Shown one piece after another: positions 1-7,404 of a stretch of DNA of 42,310 nt. This stretch comes from a virus: the IMG/VR virus record IMGVR_UViG_3300043538_000001, positions 1 to 42,310 of that record; one strand, 5' to 3'. The notes beneath the pieces were generated by a model that saw only the letters and a list, made by a program, of their open reading frames with translations, searched no databases and was not told where the DNA came from. Position 1 is the stretch's first letter. Every line of letters begins with the position of its first letter. The position numbers were made by a program, and so were the translations under genes.

Positions 1-127
1 GAGGAACAACTCGGCTTCCTGGATTCGAAACACTCACGAGGGGCGATCGTTCTGATCGCCTGGTCCGTTTCCGACGTGCTCAGACTTCTCGGCAATCGGA
101 CGGACAAAAATCGCGCGGCCGTGGGCT
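1..127. repeat. Direct terminal repeat, copy 1 (identical to 42184..42310)
   Basis: Bases 1-127 (gaggaacaactcggcttcc...cgcggccgtgggct) recur base-for-base at 42184-42310. This is the signature of a circularly closed or terminally redundant viral contig. Confidence 0.95.
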
Positions 128-138
128 CGCAACCGTGA
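1..138 (+). CDS. 3' end of the same VRR-NUC gene (wrap-around copy; stop TGA 136-138)
   Basis: Frame 1 reads EEQLGFLDSKHSRGAIVLIAWSVSDVLRLLGNRTDKNRAAVGSQP*, which continues the ORF that is open at 42310. Confidence 0.75.
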   Translation, partial: EEQLGFLDSKHSRGAIVLIAWSVSDVLRLLGNRTDKNRAAVGSQP

Positions 139-169
139 CGCCGGCGGCCGAACTTTCGAAGGGGAAAAG

Positions 170-1024
170 ATGGACGAGTTCAAGTATCTCGCGATCAAAA
201 ACTGGCACAAGTACCAGGGGGGACGGATGAAAGACGAGGGCGTCGGCCGACCGTGGGTCAAGGACTACGTCGACAAGGAAGCCGATCGGGAATACCTCGG
301 TTTGACACCGCTCCAGCGATACACGCTGGACGGATGTCGCCGGCTACGCGGTCGCTTCGGCCGCAACCTCCCAAACGATGGCACCTGGATAGCTAGAGCT
401 CTCCAAGTGGGGGGGCAACACGCTACCAACGTAGCACAAGCGGTGACCCTGTTAACCACCAAAGGGTTTTTACTCCTTACTAATCAAGAACATGACTTGC
501 GAGAGGGAGAAGTAGATGGAGAGGGAGATAGAGAGGAGAGGGAGAGCGCGCGCAAGCACCACCGAAAAAGTGTCGCGGCGAACTCCGCGACGACCTCGCC
601 GGATGGGTCAAAACCCGACCAGAATCGACCGTCAGACGATCCGCCGGCGCCGACCGTCGCTCAACCCTCCGAACCGGACCGTCGCGTCCTGGAGGCTCTC
701 ACGCCTCACCAGCTCGCTCGCGGCATGATGGACGACCTCGGGATCCCGGGCGGTCAGAACGACCTCGCTGTTTGGAGTCGAGCGATCGAACTCAAGTCCA
801 GGACCGCGGGGATTCCGCTCCTCTCGGCTTACCAGTTCATACGCGAGAAAGCTCACGAGGCTCAGAACCGCGGCGAGTTCACGCGGCCGATTTTTTGGAT
901 GAAAGACGCCGCATACGATCACAAACCGGCGAGGAGCAAAACCGATGTCGCAACCGATGAGTTTAGAAAGCGCGGGGAACGAGAGCTCCAGATCCTCCGA
1001 GCTTCGAACGGAAAGAGCGCTTAA
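170..1024 (+). CDS. Early protein whose N-terminal winged-helix resembles a phage replisome-organizer N domain (function tentative)
   Basis: 284-aa ORF with AAGGGGAAAAG upstream of the ATG. The N-terminus FKYLAIKNWHKYQ...GLTPLQRYTLDGCRRL...VAQAVTLLTTKGFLLL resembles the Phage_rep_org_N pattern. An acidic low-complexity linker follows. Confidence 0.5.
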   Translation: MDEFKYLAIKNWHKYQGGRMKDEGVGRPWVKDYVDKEADREYLGLTPLQRYTLDGCRRLRGRFGRNLPNDGTWIARALQVGGQHATNVAQAVTLLTTKGFLLLTNQEHDLREGEVDGEGDREERESARKHHRKSVAANSATTSPDGSKPDQNRPSDDPPAPTVAQPSEPDRRVLEALTPHQLARGMMDDLGIPGGQNDLAVWSRAIELKSRTAGIPLLSAYQFIREKAHEAQNRGEFTRPIFWMKDAAYDHKPARSKTDVATDEFRKRGERELQILRASNGKSA

Positions 1025-1535
1025 GTACCTGGTCACGTTCTACGGCGCAATGGGGAACGCTCCGAACGTCGAGGGCGCGCTCGCTGCAATGGCGAAGATC
1101 CTGGTCTCGAGAGCGTCGGACCAGGACATCGTCGCCGCGCTCGAGGCTTGCATGACGGAAACCTATCCCGTCCGACTTCCTCACATCCTCGCGAAGCTTC
1201 CAGGCACGGAACACGCGGACAAAAACGCGGCAAAGCGGCTCGCCTGGGACACGGTCGAGCGCTACGTCGAGAAGTGGGGCCGATGGAATAGCGATCGGAC
1301 GAAAGGGTTCATCGACAAAAGCGCTCCGCTCCTCGAGCAGCGACTTTTCGATGTCGTCCGTCGGACCGGCGGCTGGAGCGTGTATCTCCGCATGACCGAT
1401 GCCGACTTCCCGCATCAGCAAAAGCGGTTTTTCGAGGAGTGGGAAGCATGGGTCGAGGTCAAGCAGCTCGAGGACCGCAAGCTCCTCGAGATGCCGAACG
1501 CGAAACACTTCCTCGAAGGGAAGGAAATGGCATGA
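945..1535 (+). CDS. Hypothetical early protein
   Basis: 196-aa ORF with GAGGAG (931-936) 8 nt upstream of ATG 945. It overlaps the upstream gene by 80 nt. ATG 1050 is an alternative start but has no SD. Confidence 0.6.
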   Translation: MSQPMSLESAGNESSRSSELRTERALKYLVTFYGAMGNAPNVEGALAAMAKILVSRASDQDIVAALEACMTETYPVRLPHILAKLPGTEHADKNAAKRLAWDTVERYVEKWGRWNSDRTKGFIDKSAPLLEQRLFDVVRRTGGWSVYLRMTDADFPHQQKRFFEEWEAWVEVKQLEDRKLLEMPNAKHFLEGKEMA

Positions 1536-1933
1536 GGCGGCATCAGCGAGTAAAAGCTCACGCCGACCAACTCCGCGCCGCGGCGAAGAACCAGCTCGCG
1601 ACAAAACCCGAAGTCGGTCGCGAGTACACGGTTAAGGGCTACTGGACCGGAACATTCAAGGCTCGAGTCGAATGGATCTCGGCAAGCGAGGGCGATCCCC
1701 TGGTTCGCCTGGTCGTGACTGACGCCATGCGGCGAACCGCGGCGATCGCTTGCGAGTTCCCCGAGTGTGTCGACGAGATGGATCACCAAGGCCCGCACAC
1801 GTTCGACGAGGATTTTCGTGTCGGGACGCGCCTCGAGCTCGCCGTCCGGAATGCTCGGTTCTTGCCTGTAGTGTTCGAGCAGTTCCAAAAGCGCGACGAG
1901 GGCGAATCATGGCAGCAAGGGAAACACGTATGA
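1532..1933 (+). CDS. Hypothetical protein (133 aa)
   Basis: Trimmed from ORF 1439..1933 to ATG 1532, which overlaps the upstream stop (ATGA) and follows GGGAAGGAAA. The upstream part of the ORF is Arg/Gly-rich overlap sequence. Confidence 0.65.
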   Translation: MRRHQRVKAHADQLRAAAKNQLATKPEVGREYTVKGYWTGTFKARVEWISASEGDPLVRLVVTDAMRRTAAIACEFPECVDEMDHQGPHTFDEDFRVGTRLELAVRNARFLPVVFEQFQKRDEGESWQQGKHV

Positions 1934-2181
1934 TCTCGGCTCGCCTGAAAAGCAAGCAGCCAGCGGACAAGCCGATCGCGATGCTCGCGCTCACACTCGA
2001 GGATCGGAACGCTCTCCGCGCGCTCATGGCAAAAGTTCTCGAATCGATCGAGGGCGATAAAAAGGGTTTTACCGTAGTCAGTGGTCCTCGGCGCGGCCGC
2101 CTGATCCGGGACGACGAGGACATCACGCAACTCACTTTTGAGCTCGATCGATGGGCTCGAGCGTTTCTCCGGAGGCTTTGA
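1930..2181 (+). CDS. Hypothetical protein (83 aa)
   Basis: Trimmed from ORF 1750..2181 to ATG 1930, which makes an ATGA overlap with the upstream stop and follows AAGGGAAA. Confidence 0.6.
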   Translation: MISARLKSKQPADKPIAMLALTLEDRNALRALMAKVLESIEGDKKGFTVVSGPRRGRLIRDDEDITQLTFELDRWARAFLRRL

Positions 2182-2414
2182 TGCGGTTCCCAGGCGCACG
2201 GCACGACGCTCACGCGACGACCCCGAATCCGCCGGCGCGCCTCGCCTTGTTCGCGCAATGGAAGCGCGAGTTCGCATGCTCGCAAAACAAAGGCGGGCAT
2301 TTCTGGCATTCGATTCCGGGCGATATCAACTCTTGGTTTTGTTGCCAGTGCGGCGCGAAGCGAAGCGGGATGTCGCAGGGCTGGAGAAGAGTTTGGAGGA
2401 GAAGCGAGCTATGA
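2181..2414 (+). CDS. Small Cys/His-rich protein (77 aa), possible zinc ribbon
   Basis: ATG 2181 overlaps the upstream stop (TGATG) and follows GGAGG (2171-2175). Its TGA 2412-2414 overlaps the next start (ATGA). Contains ...FACSQNKGGHFWH...WFCCQCGAK. Confidence 0.55.
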   Translation: MRFPGARHDAHATTPNPPARLALFAQWKREFACSQNKGGHFWHSIPGDINSWFCCQCGAKRSGMSQGWRRVWRRSEL

Positions 2415-3745
2415 AGATCTTGCGTTTCACTGCTGAGAACATCAAAAAGCTCAAGGTCGTATCGATCACGCCATCGGGCGCGGTCGTCGAGATCACCGGG
2501 CCGAACGGATCCGGGAAGACGTCGGTTTTAGATGCGATTTTCTACGCTCTCGGCGGCGCCAAGGACATCCCGTCGCAACCGATTCGCCGCGGGCAAACGA
2601 AAGCACACGTCGCGCTCGATCTGGGCGATATCACCGTGATCCGGAAGTTCTCGAAGGACACTGGGACCTCGCTGGTCGTAGAGGGCAAATCAGGCGCGCG
2701 CTATCCCACGCCGCAACGCATGCTAGACGAGCTCCTGGGCAAACTCACGTTCGACCCGCTCGCGTTCTCGCGCATGGAACCGAAAAAGCAACTCGAGCAG
2801 ATCCGCTCGATGGTCAAACTCGATCTCGACATCGACGCGCTCGATCGCGAAAACGCGAGCGACTTCGAGAAGCGGACCGACCTCAATCGCGAGATCAAAT
2901 CGCTCGACGCTCAGGGGTTCGGGTTTTCGTTTCCCGAGGACACGCCGGACGAGGAGATCGATGTTTCGAAACTCGCGCTAGAGCTCCAAGAGATCTCCGA
3001 CAAGAACGCCGCGCTCGTGCTCGAGCAGTCGCGGCGGGACCGGATCGTGCAAGACATCTCAGACCGGACGCGCGTCGCCGAGCGGATCCGCATCGAGAAG
3101 CAACGGCTCGAGCGTGAAGTAGAGTCGCTCCAGGCCGCGGTCGCCGCGCGCGAGAAAGAAGCTCAAGAGATCGATGACGCGACCGACCTGGTCCGCAATG
3201 CGCTCAACGGGCTCCAACCGATTCCCCCAGCCATCGACGCCGGCGAGATCCGGACGCTCATGTCCCAGGCGCACGGGATCAACATCGCAGTCGCCAAAAA
3301 GAAAACGCAATCATCGATCTTTGCCCAGGCGAAAGCACGTCGCGCCAAGGTCGAAGAGCTGACCGAGGCGATGGCAGCGCGCACGAACGCCAAGCAAACC
3401 GCGATCGCCGCGGCAAAGATGCCGATCGACGGTTTGTCGTTTGGCGACGGGGAAGTCGTTTACAACGATCTCCCGTTTTCCCAGGCGAGCGCGGCCGAGC
3501 AACTCAGGATCTCCGTCGCGGTCGCGATGGCTGCGAATCCTAAGCTCCGCGTGCTTCGCATCGAGGACGGTTCGCTCCTCGACGCGAACTCGATGAAGAT
3601 CCTCGGCGAGATGGCCACGGCCGCGGATTATCAGATCTGGATCGAACGCGTCGACGAGAGCGGGAAGGTCGGTGTCGTGATGGAAGAAGGCGAGGTCAAG
3701 GGAGCGAAGAAAGTCGCGGTCGAGAAAGAGACGGCACCGGCGTGA
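2411..3745 (+). CDS. SMC/Rad50 (SbcC)-like ABC-type ATPase (444 aa)
   Basis: ATG 2411 follows GGAGGAG. Walker A is GPNGSGKTSVLDAI, followed by a long coiled-coil middle, a signature-like SAAEQLRISVAVAMA, and Walker B/D-loop LRVLRIEDGSLLD. Confidence 0.8.
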   Translation: MKILRFTAENIKKLKVVSITPSGAVVEITGPNGSGKTSVLDAIFYALGGAKDIPSQPIRRGQTKAHVALDLGDITVIRKFSKDTGTSLVVEGKSGARYPTPQRMLDELLGKLTFDPLAFSRMEPKKQLEQIRSMVKLDLDIDALDRENASDFEKRTDLNREIKSLDAQGFGFSFPEDTPDEEIDVSKLALELQEISDKNAALVLEQSRRDRIVQDISDRTRVAERIRIEKQRLEREVESLQAAVAAREKEAQEIDDATDLVRNALNGLQPIPPAIDAGEIRTLMSQAHGINIAVAKKKTQSSIFAQAKARRAKVEELTEAMAARTNAKQTAIAAAKMPIDGLSFGDGEVVYNDLPFSQASAAEQLRISVAVAMAANPKLRVLRIEDGSLLDANSMKILGEMATAADYQIWIERVDESGKVGVVMEEGEVKGAKKVAVEKETAPA

Positions 3746-4035
3746 GTCTTGCATCAGGTCCCCATGACTACGGTTGCACTTGTTTACGTTGCGAGAACCG
3801 TAGAAACATCGCGAAGCGGCCGGTCGACCTGGGTCCGATGTTCTGGTTTTGCTCCCATTGCGGACGTGAAGGGCCGGCCGATTTTCCGCGCGAGATTACC
3901 GTGCTCGACGCCGTCAAGCATCTCCGAGAGTGGCACGACCAGGCGAGCCCGCAATGCGGGGACACGACGCGATCGCTCAGAGTGCTCGACGCGCTCTCGC
4001 TTCGACAATTGAAAACGAGGCTCGGACCGAAATGA
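3742..4035 (+). CDS. Small Cys-rich zinc-ribbon-like protein (97 aa)
   Basis: GTG start overlapping the upstream stop (GTGA). Contains CTCLRC...CSHCG...PQCG cysteine pairs. Confidence 0.55.
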   Translation: MSLASGPHDYGCTCLRCENRRNIAKRPVDLGPMFWFCSHCGREGPADFPREITVLDAVKHLREWHDQASPQCGDTTRSLRVLDALSLRQLKTRLGPK

Positions 4036-4466
4036 CGACAAAGCGTCTGATCGTTCATGCATGGATGGCCGGGATCGTCGACGGCGAGGGATGTCTCACG
4101 ATCTGTAAACAGATCCGCAAGGGCCGACCGTCGCCGGCTTTTCGTCTGAGCATAAATGTTAGTAACACCGATCCCGCGATCGTCGCGCCGTTTGCTTACC
4201 TTTTTAGCGGCGCGATCTATACCGTCGTCGACAAGAGAACCGAGAAGCGATGGGCCGACGCGCTAACTTGGCATTGTCCCGAAAAGCGGGCGGTCGAATT
4301 TCTCTCGGCGATGATTCCCCACTTGCGCGCGAAGCGTCGACAAGCCGAACTGATCCTCGAGTTCATCGCGTTGAAAAAGACGTTCATCCGAAAGCACATC
4401 GGCGGCGGCGGAAAGAGCGCATTTAAGGGATCCGCGCCGCTATGCACGCCAATTGAAAGGGGGTGA
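4032..4466 (+). CDS. Free-standing single-motif LAGLIDADG homing endonuclease (144 aa)
   Basis: ATG 4032 overlaps the upstream stop (ATGA). The motif WMAGIVDGEGCLTI matches LAGLIDADG, followed by the typical ...PAIVAPFAYLFSGAIY... and ...FLSAMIPHLRAKRRQAELILEF... segments. Confidence 0.8.
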   Translation: MTTKRLIVHAWMAGIVDGEGCLTICKQIRKGRPSPAFRLSINVSNTDPAIVAPFAYLFSGAIYTVVDKRTEKRWADALTWHCPEKRAVEFLSAMIPHLRAKRRQAELILEFIALKKTFIRKHIGGGGKSAFKGSAPLCTPIERG

Positions 4467-4471
4467 TGCCC

Positions 4472-5168
4472 ATGTCTCTCATTGAAGGTTACTTCGATGG
4501 GTGCTGTTAGCGAACCTCGCAATCCAGGCGGTCACGCCGCGTATGGGATCCTGATCAAAGTCGACGGCGCGACCGTCGTGTCCCGCGGCCGCTACGTCGA
4601 TTACGGGCCGGCGATGTCGAACAACGTCGCCGAGTTCTCGGGCTTTATCGCGCTCCTCGAGGAGATCAAAAAGCTACCAGGGCCGGCGATCGTCCGCGGC
4701 GATTCCAAGCTCGTGATCTACACGCTGACCGGAACGTACAAGGTCAAGCAAGGGCTCTATGTTCCGTATTTCATACAGGCGCGAACGCTCTTCGAACCCG
4801 AGCGCGATCGCATCGGTCTCGAGTGGATAGGCCGCGACAAGAACGAGGAATGCGACGTGCTCTCGAAAGGCGTCCTGAAAGAGCGCGGGATCAGACTCAG
4901 GATCCAGCCGAACTCGACCGGACCGTTCGCGCTCAGAGCTCGGCGAGTCCGCGGCTCGAAACCGTTTCCCACTTCTCCCGAGGAAGCGATCGGCGAGGGC
5001 TACACGATGCGGCATCAGGCCGTCGAATGCCGCGGATGTCCGGCAATCATCGACTTCTGGACGACGCCGAACGACAAGAAGATTCCGGTCGAGACGGGGA
5101 CGTTCAAAGTTCACTTTGCGACGTGTCCAGGCTCGGAGCAATTCAGGAAGAAACGGGGAACCGCATGA
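4472..5168 (+). CDS. RNase H (RNase HI-like) with a C-terminal CxxC...HxxxC zinc-ribbon extension. An intact protein needs a +1 frame change at 4508.
   Basis: ATG 4472 follows AAGGGGGTGA and encodes MSLIEGYFDGCC, then TAG 4508-4510. The +1 frame continues SEPRNPGGHAAYGILIK...NNVAEF...RGDSKLV...NEECDVLSK. Joined, the product has a complete DEDD RNase H core (231 aa). The track ORF 4482..5168 lacks the first catalytic Asp. Confidence 0.7.
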
Positions 5169-5362
5169 TTAAGTCGCTCGTCCTGGTCGGGACAGTTTTG
5201 CTCACTCTTCCGGTTTGGTTTTTTCTTCTCTACTCGCTCCTCACAGCGATTCATCCCGATCGCCTGGTCTGGTTTATGTTTTGGCTCTATATCCCGCTTC
5301 GATTTTCTCTCGAGATCCTTGCGGCGATCGTCCAGGCCAGCGAGAAGAAGGGAAGCGCATGA
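5165..5362 (+). CDS. Small membrane protein (65 aa, 2 predicted TM)
   Basis: ATG 5165 overlaps the upstream stop (ATGA). The sequence MIKSLVLVGTVLLTLPVWFFLLYSLL...WFMFWLYIPLRF is strongly hydrophobic. Confidence 0.6.
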   Translation: MIKSLVLVGTVLLTLPVWFFLLYSLLTAIHPDRLVWFMFWLYIPLRFSLEILAAIVQASEKKGSA

Positions 5363-6000
5363 ACATCAAGGTCGATGTCGACATCTCTCAGGTTGTCGCG
5401 CTTACGGCTAGAGTCCTGAAGAAAATGCCGTACGTGATCAATGACTCGATCACCGAGACGGCAAAGCTCCTGGTCGCGGCCGAGCAAGATCAGCTCAGGA
5501 AAGACTTCACGATCCGCAAGAACTTCCTCACCGGCCGATTCAAAGTTCTCCAGTATTCGCGCGTTTCCAATCTGACCGCGATCGTCGGCATCGATGCCAA
5601 CGTCCAGGGCTCGCCGCTATTGCTCGGGTTTTTCGAAGAGGGCGGCGAGAAGCTACCAACGGCCGGACCCGAGATCGCGATCCCGCTCACCGGCGAAGCG
5701 GCTCGTCCGTCGTTCGCGTCGCAAATTCCGAGCTTGCTCCTCTACAAGAACCTCGGGATCTCGGCCAAGGTCAAAGGGCAAACTGCGATCTTCCCAGGCT
5801 TGCGCGGAACCTATCTCGTCGAGGGCGTCGGCGTTTTTCAGCGCACAGGGAACAATTCCGTTCTGATCTACTCGTTCAAAAAGTCGGCGCCATTGCACAA
5901 GCAGACTCACATGATCGAGCTCGCTCACACCGTCATCAACGAAGTGTTCCCGCGCATCTTCAACAAGAACTTTGTCGCTGAGATCCTCGGCGGCAAGTAA
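5359..6000 (+). CDS. Hypothetical protein (213 aa) with a weak resemblance to HK97 gp10 / Mu G-type virion morphogenesis proteins
   Basis: ATG 5359 overlaps the upstream stop (ATGA). Codon usage is genome-typical. The functional resemblance (..LLGFFEEGGEKLP..IAIPLTGEAARP..) is weak. Confidence 0.6.
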   Translation: MNIKVDVDISQVVALTARVLKKMPYVINDSITETAKLLVAAEQDQLRKDFTIRKNFLTGRFKVLQYSRVSNLTAIVGIDANVQGSPLLLGFFEEGGEKLPTAGPEIAIPLTGEAARPSFASQIPSLLLYKNLGISAKVKGQTAIFPGLRGTYLVEGVGVFQRTGNNSVLIYSFKKSAPLHKQTHMIELAHTVINEVFPRIFNKNFVAEILGGK

Positions 6001-6021
6001 CCCGCAACACCGGAGGCATGC

Positions 6022-6189
6022 ATGCTCTACGTTCAAGTCTTGCTCATCGTGATCGCGCTGATCCTGTTAGCCCGCGCCGGCACCGGTCACACCCCAAAGA
6101 ACGAGTTCCAATACATCCCAATTGCCTTGTTCTGTTGGTTGCTCGCGATCTCGCTCCCGATGCTCCTATCGGTCATCCCTCGCCGATGA
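6022..6189 (+). CDS. Small membrane protein (55 aa, 2 TM), not in the ORF track
   Basis: ATG 6022 lies 5 nt after GGAGG (6012-6016). Manual translation gives MLYVQVLLIVIALILLARAGTGHTPKNEFQYIPIALFCWLLAISLPMLLSVIPRR*. Its TGA 6187-6189 overlaps the next ATG. Confidence 0.55.
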   Translation: MLYVQVLLIVIALILLARAGTGHTPKNEFQYIPIALFCWLLAISLPMLLSVIPRR

Positions 6190-6416
6190 ACGACTCGATC
6201 GTCATTCCGTTCCCTGAAAGCGATGTCACGGGGGAATGCCTGGAATGTGGGCAATTCGTGAGCGGCGAGGCGTCGGTCGTGCTCACCGGCGGCCGAGCTA
6301 CGGTCGTCTCGATCGCCATCGTGACCAAAGACTCGACGTCTCATCCCGTAGCTCGCACCGTGGCGGGCACGCTACACCGTGTGCCCGTGTACGTCCAACC
6401 AGGCGGGACCACATGA
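6186..6416 (+). CDS. Hypothetical protein (76 aa) with a CxxC pair
   Basis: ATG 6186 is an internal start of track ORF 6018..6416 and is coupled by ATGA to the membrane ORF. Reads MNDSIVIPFPESDVTGECLECGQF... Confidence 0.5.
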   Translation: MNDSIVIPFPESDVTGECLECGQFVSGEASVVLTGGRATVVSIAIVTKDSTSHPVARTVAGTLHRVPVYVQPGGTT

Positions 6417-6630
6417 CAACACACACGCAACCCCAACGCACACAAGGGCTTAGGTCGTTTGCATGGGGAGCTCTATGGTCTCGACCTCAGACGTCGCTCC
6501 TACGGGCGATTACGAGGCAAGGAAGGGCTTTGGGCTCAGGGTCCTCCCCCTATGCCGACCCCGTCGCGGGTGACGGCGACCGCGACGCTTTTCCAGAAAA
6601 CGGAACGGCATCGTTCTGTAACGCAACGTC

Positions 6631-6662
6631 CAGTTTGTTCCACTTCCCACTTTGTTCCACTT
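6631..6662 (+). repeat. Two direct copies of CAnTTTGTTCCACTT spaced 17 bp apart, just upstream of the 6674 gene
   Basis: tttgttccactt occurs at 6634-6645 and 6651-6662, each preceded by ca(g/c). It lies in a 257-bp apparently non-coding stretch and is followed by TAGGAGAA and ATG 6674. Confidence 0.7.
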
Positions 6663-6673
6663 AGGAGAACACG

Positions 6674-7159
6674 ATGAGCGACGATCAGCAACTCGACAAA
6701 AGCGCGGCCGCGGTCGCCGCGCGATTTTCTCGCGACATGGAAATCGAGAACAAGTTCCGAACCCGCGCCGAGAACCAGATCGGCGTCCCCGACTATGCGA
6801 CGATCGCGAGCGACGCTTACCAGGCTTACGGTCGCGTGACGAACTTCAAGAACTACCAGGGGCTCGAGATGCCTGGATGGATGGAACTCCCCGATCAGAT
6901 CCGGCTCGCCTGGACCGCGGCCGTGAAGCAAGCGGTCGAGGAGTTCGTCGGCTGTATCTTCGGCGACGCGGGATGCTTCGCCCGGGCATACGCTCGAGGC
7001 GAGCCGACATTCACGCTCATCGCGCGGGATCCGACGTCGCCGGCGGTCATCGTTAACTGGATGGGGCGGAATCTCAAAGCTCCCGAACACAAGATCGATG
7101 AGGCATTCGCGATCGCGAAAGCGATGGACCTATGGCCCGACAAAAAGGCGGCCGACTAA
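6674..7159 (+). CDS. Hypothetical protein (161 aa)
   Basis: Strong SD (TAGGAGAA) and genome-typical GC3-rich codons. The C-terminal EPTFTLIARDPTSPAVIVNW...IDEAFAIAKAMDLW motif recurs in many small phage proteins of unknown function. Confidence 0.75.
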   Translation: MSDDQQLDKSAAAVAARFSRDMEIENKFRTRAENQIGVPDYATIASDAYQAYGRVTNFKNYQGLEMPGWMELPDQIRLAWTAAVKQAVEEFVGCIFGDAGCFARAYARGEPTFTLIARDPTSPAVIVNWMGRNLKAPEHKIDEAFAIAKAMDLWPDKKAAD

Positions 7160-7404
7160 TGCGCCGACTCGAGACGGAATGGGACAGCTACAGGGCCGCG
7201 GTCGTCCCGAAGGACGCCGGCGCGGTCCAGGTCGAGGAAACTCGTCGGTCGTTCTACGCCGGCGCCGCGGCGCTTCACTACCTGGTCATGGAGATGCTTT
7301 CCCCGGGCGATGAAACGACCGACGAGGATCTCAAGAACATGCAAGACATACACGATGAGCTGATCTCGTTCGGGGCGAGTGTCGATCCGAGGCCGGCAAA
7401 TTGA
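7159..7404 (+). CDS. Hypothetical protein (81 aa)
   Basis: ATG 7159 overlaps the upstream TAA (TAATG). Trimmed from ORF 7132..7404. Confidence 0.6.
   Translation: MRRLETEWDSYRAAVVPKDAGAVQVEETRRSFYAGAAALHYLVMEMLSPGDETTDEDLKNMQDIHDELISFGASVDPRPAN

Noticed and set aside
2138-2410. The N-terminal 91-codon extension of the ATPase ORF (track start 2138).
   Set aside because: The conserved ATPase N-terminus (MKILRF...GPNGSGKT) starts at ATG 2411 with GGAGGAG upstream. The extension overlaps a better-supported 77-aa gene in another frame and is Arg-rich.
4508-4510. TAG reassignment or suppression as the explanation for the interrupted RNase H gene.
   Set aside because: Reading through the TAG in the zero frame gives non-RNase-H sequence. 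TAG also terminates many well-supported genes here, including terL, the endolysin and the BR0599-like gene.
6413-6664. An 83-aa ORF with an ATGA-type overlap to the upstream gene, filling the 6417-6673 gap.
   Set aside because: Its third-position GC is clearly lower than in neighbouring genes, it is Ser/Thr/Gly/Arg-rich with no motif, and it ends inside the direct repeats. I treat it as non-coding, but this needs checking.
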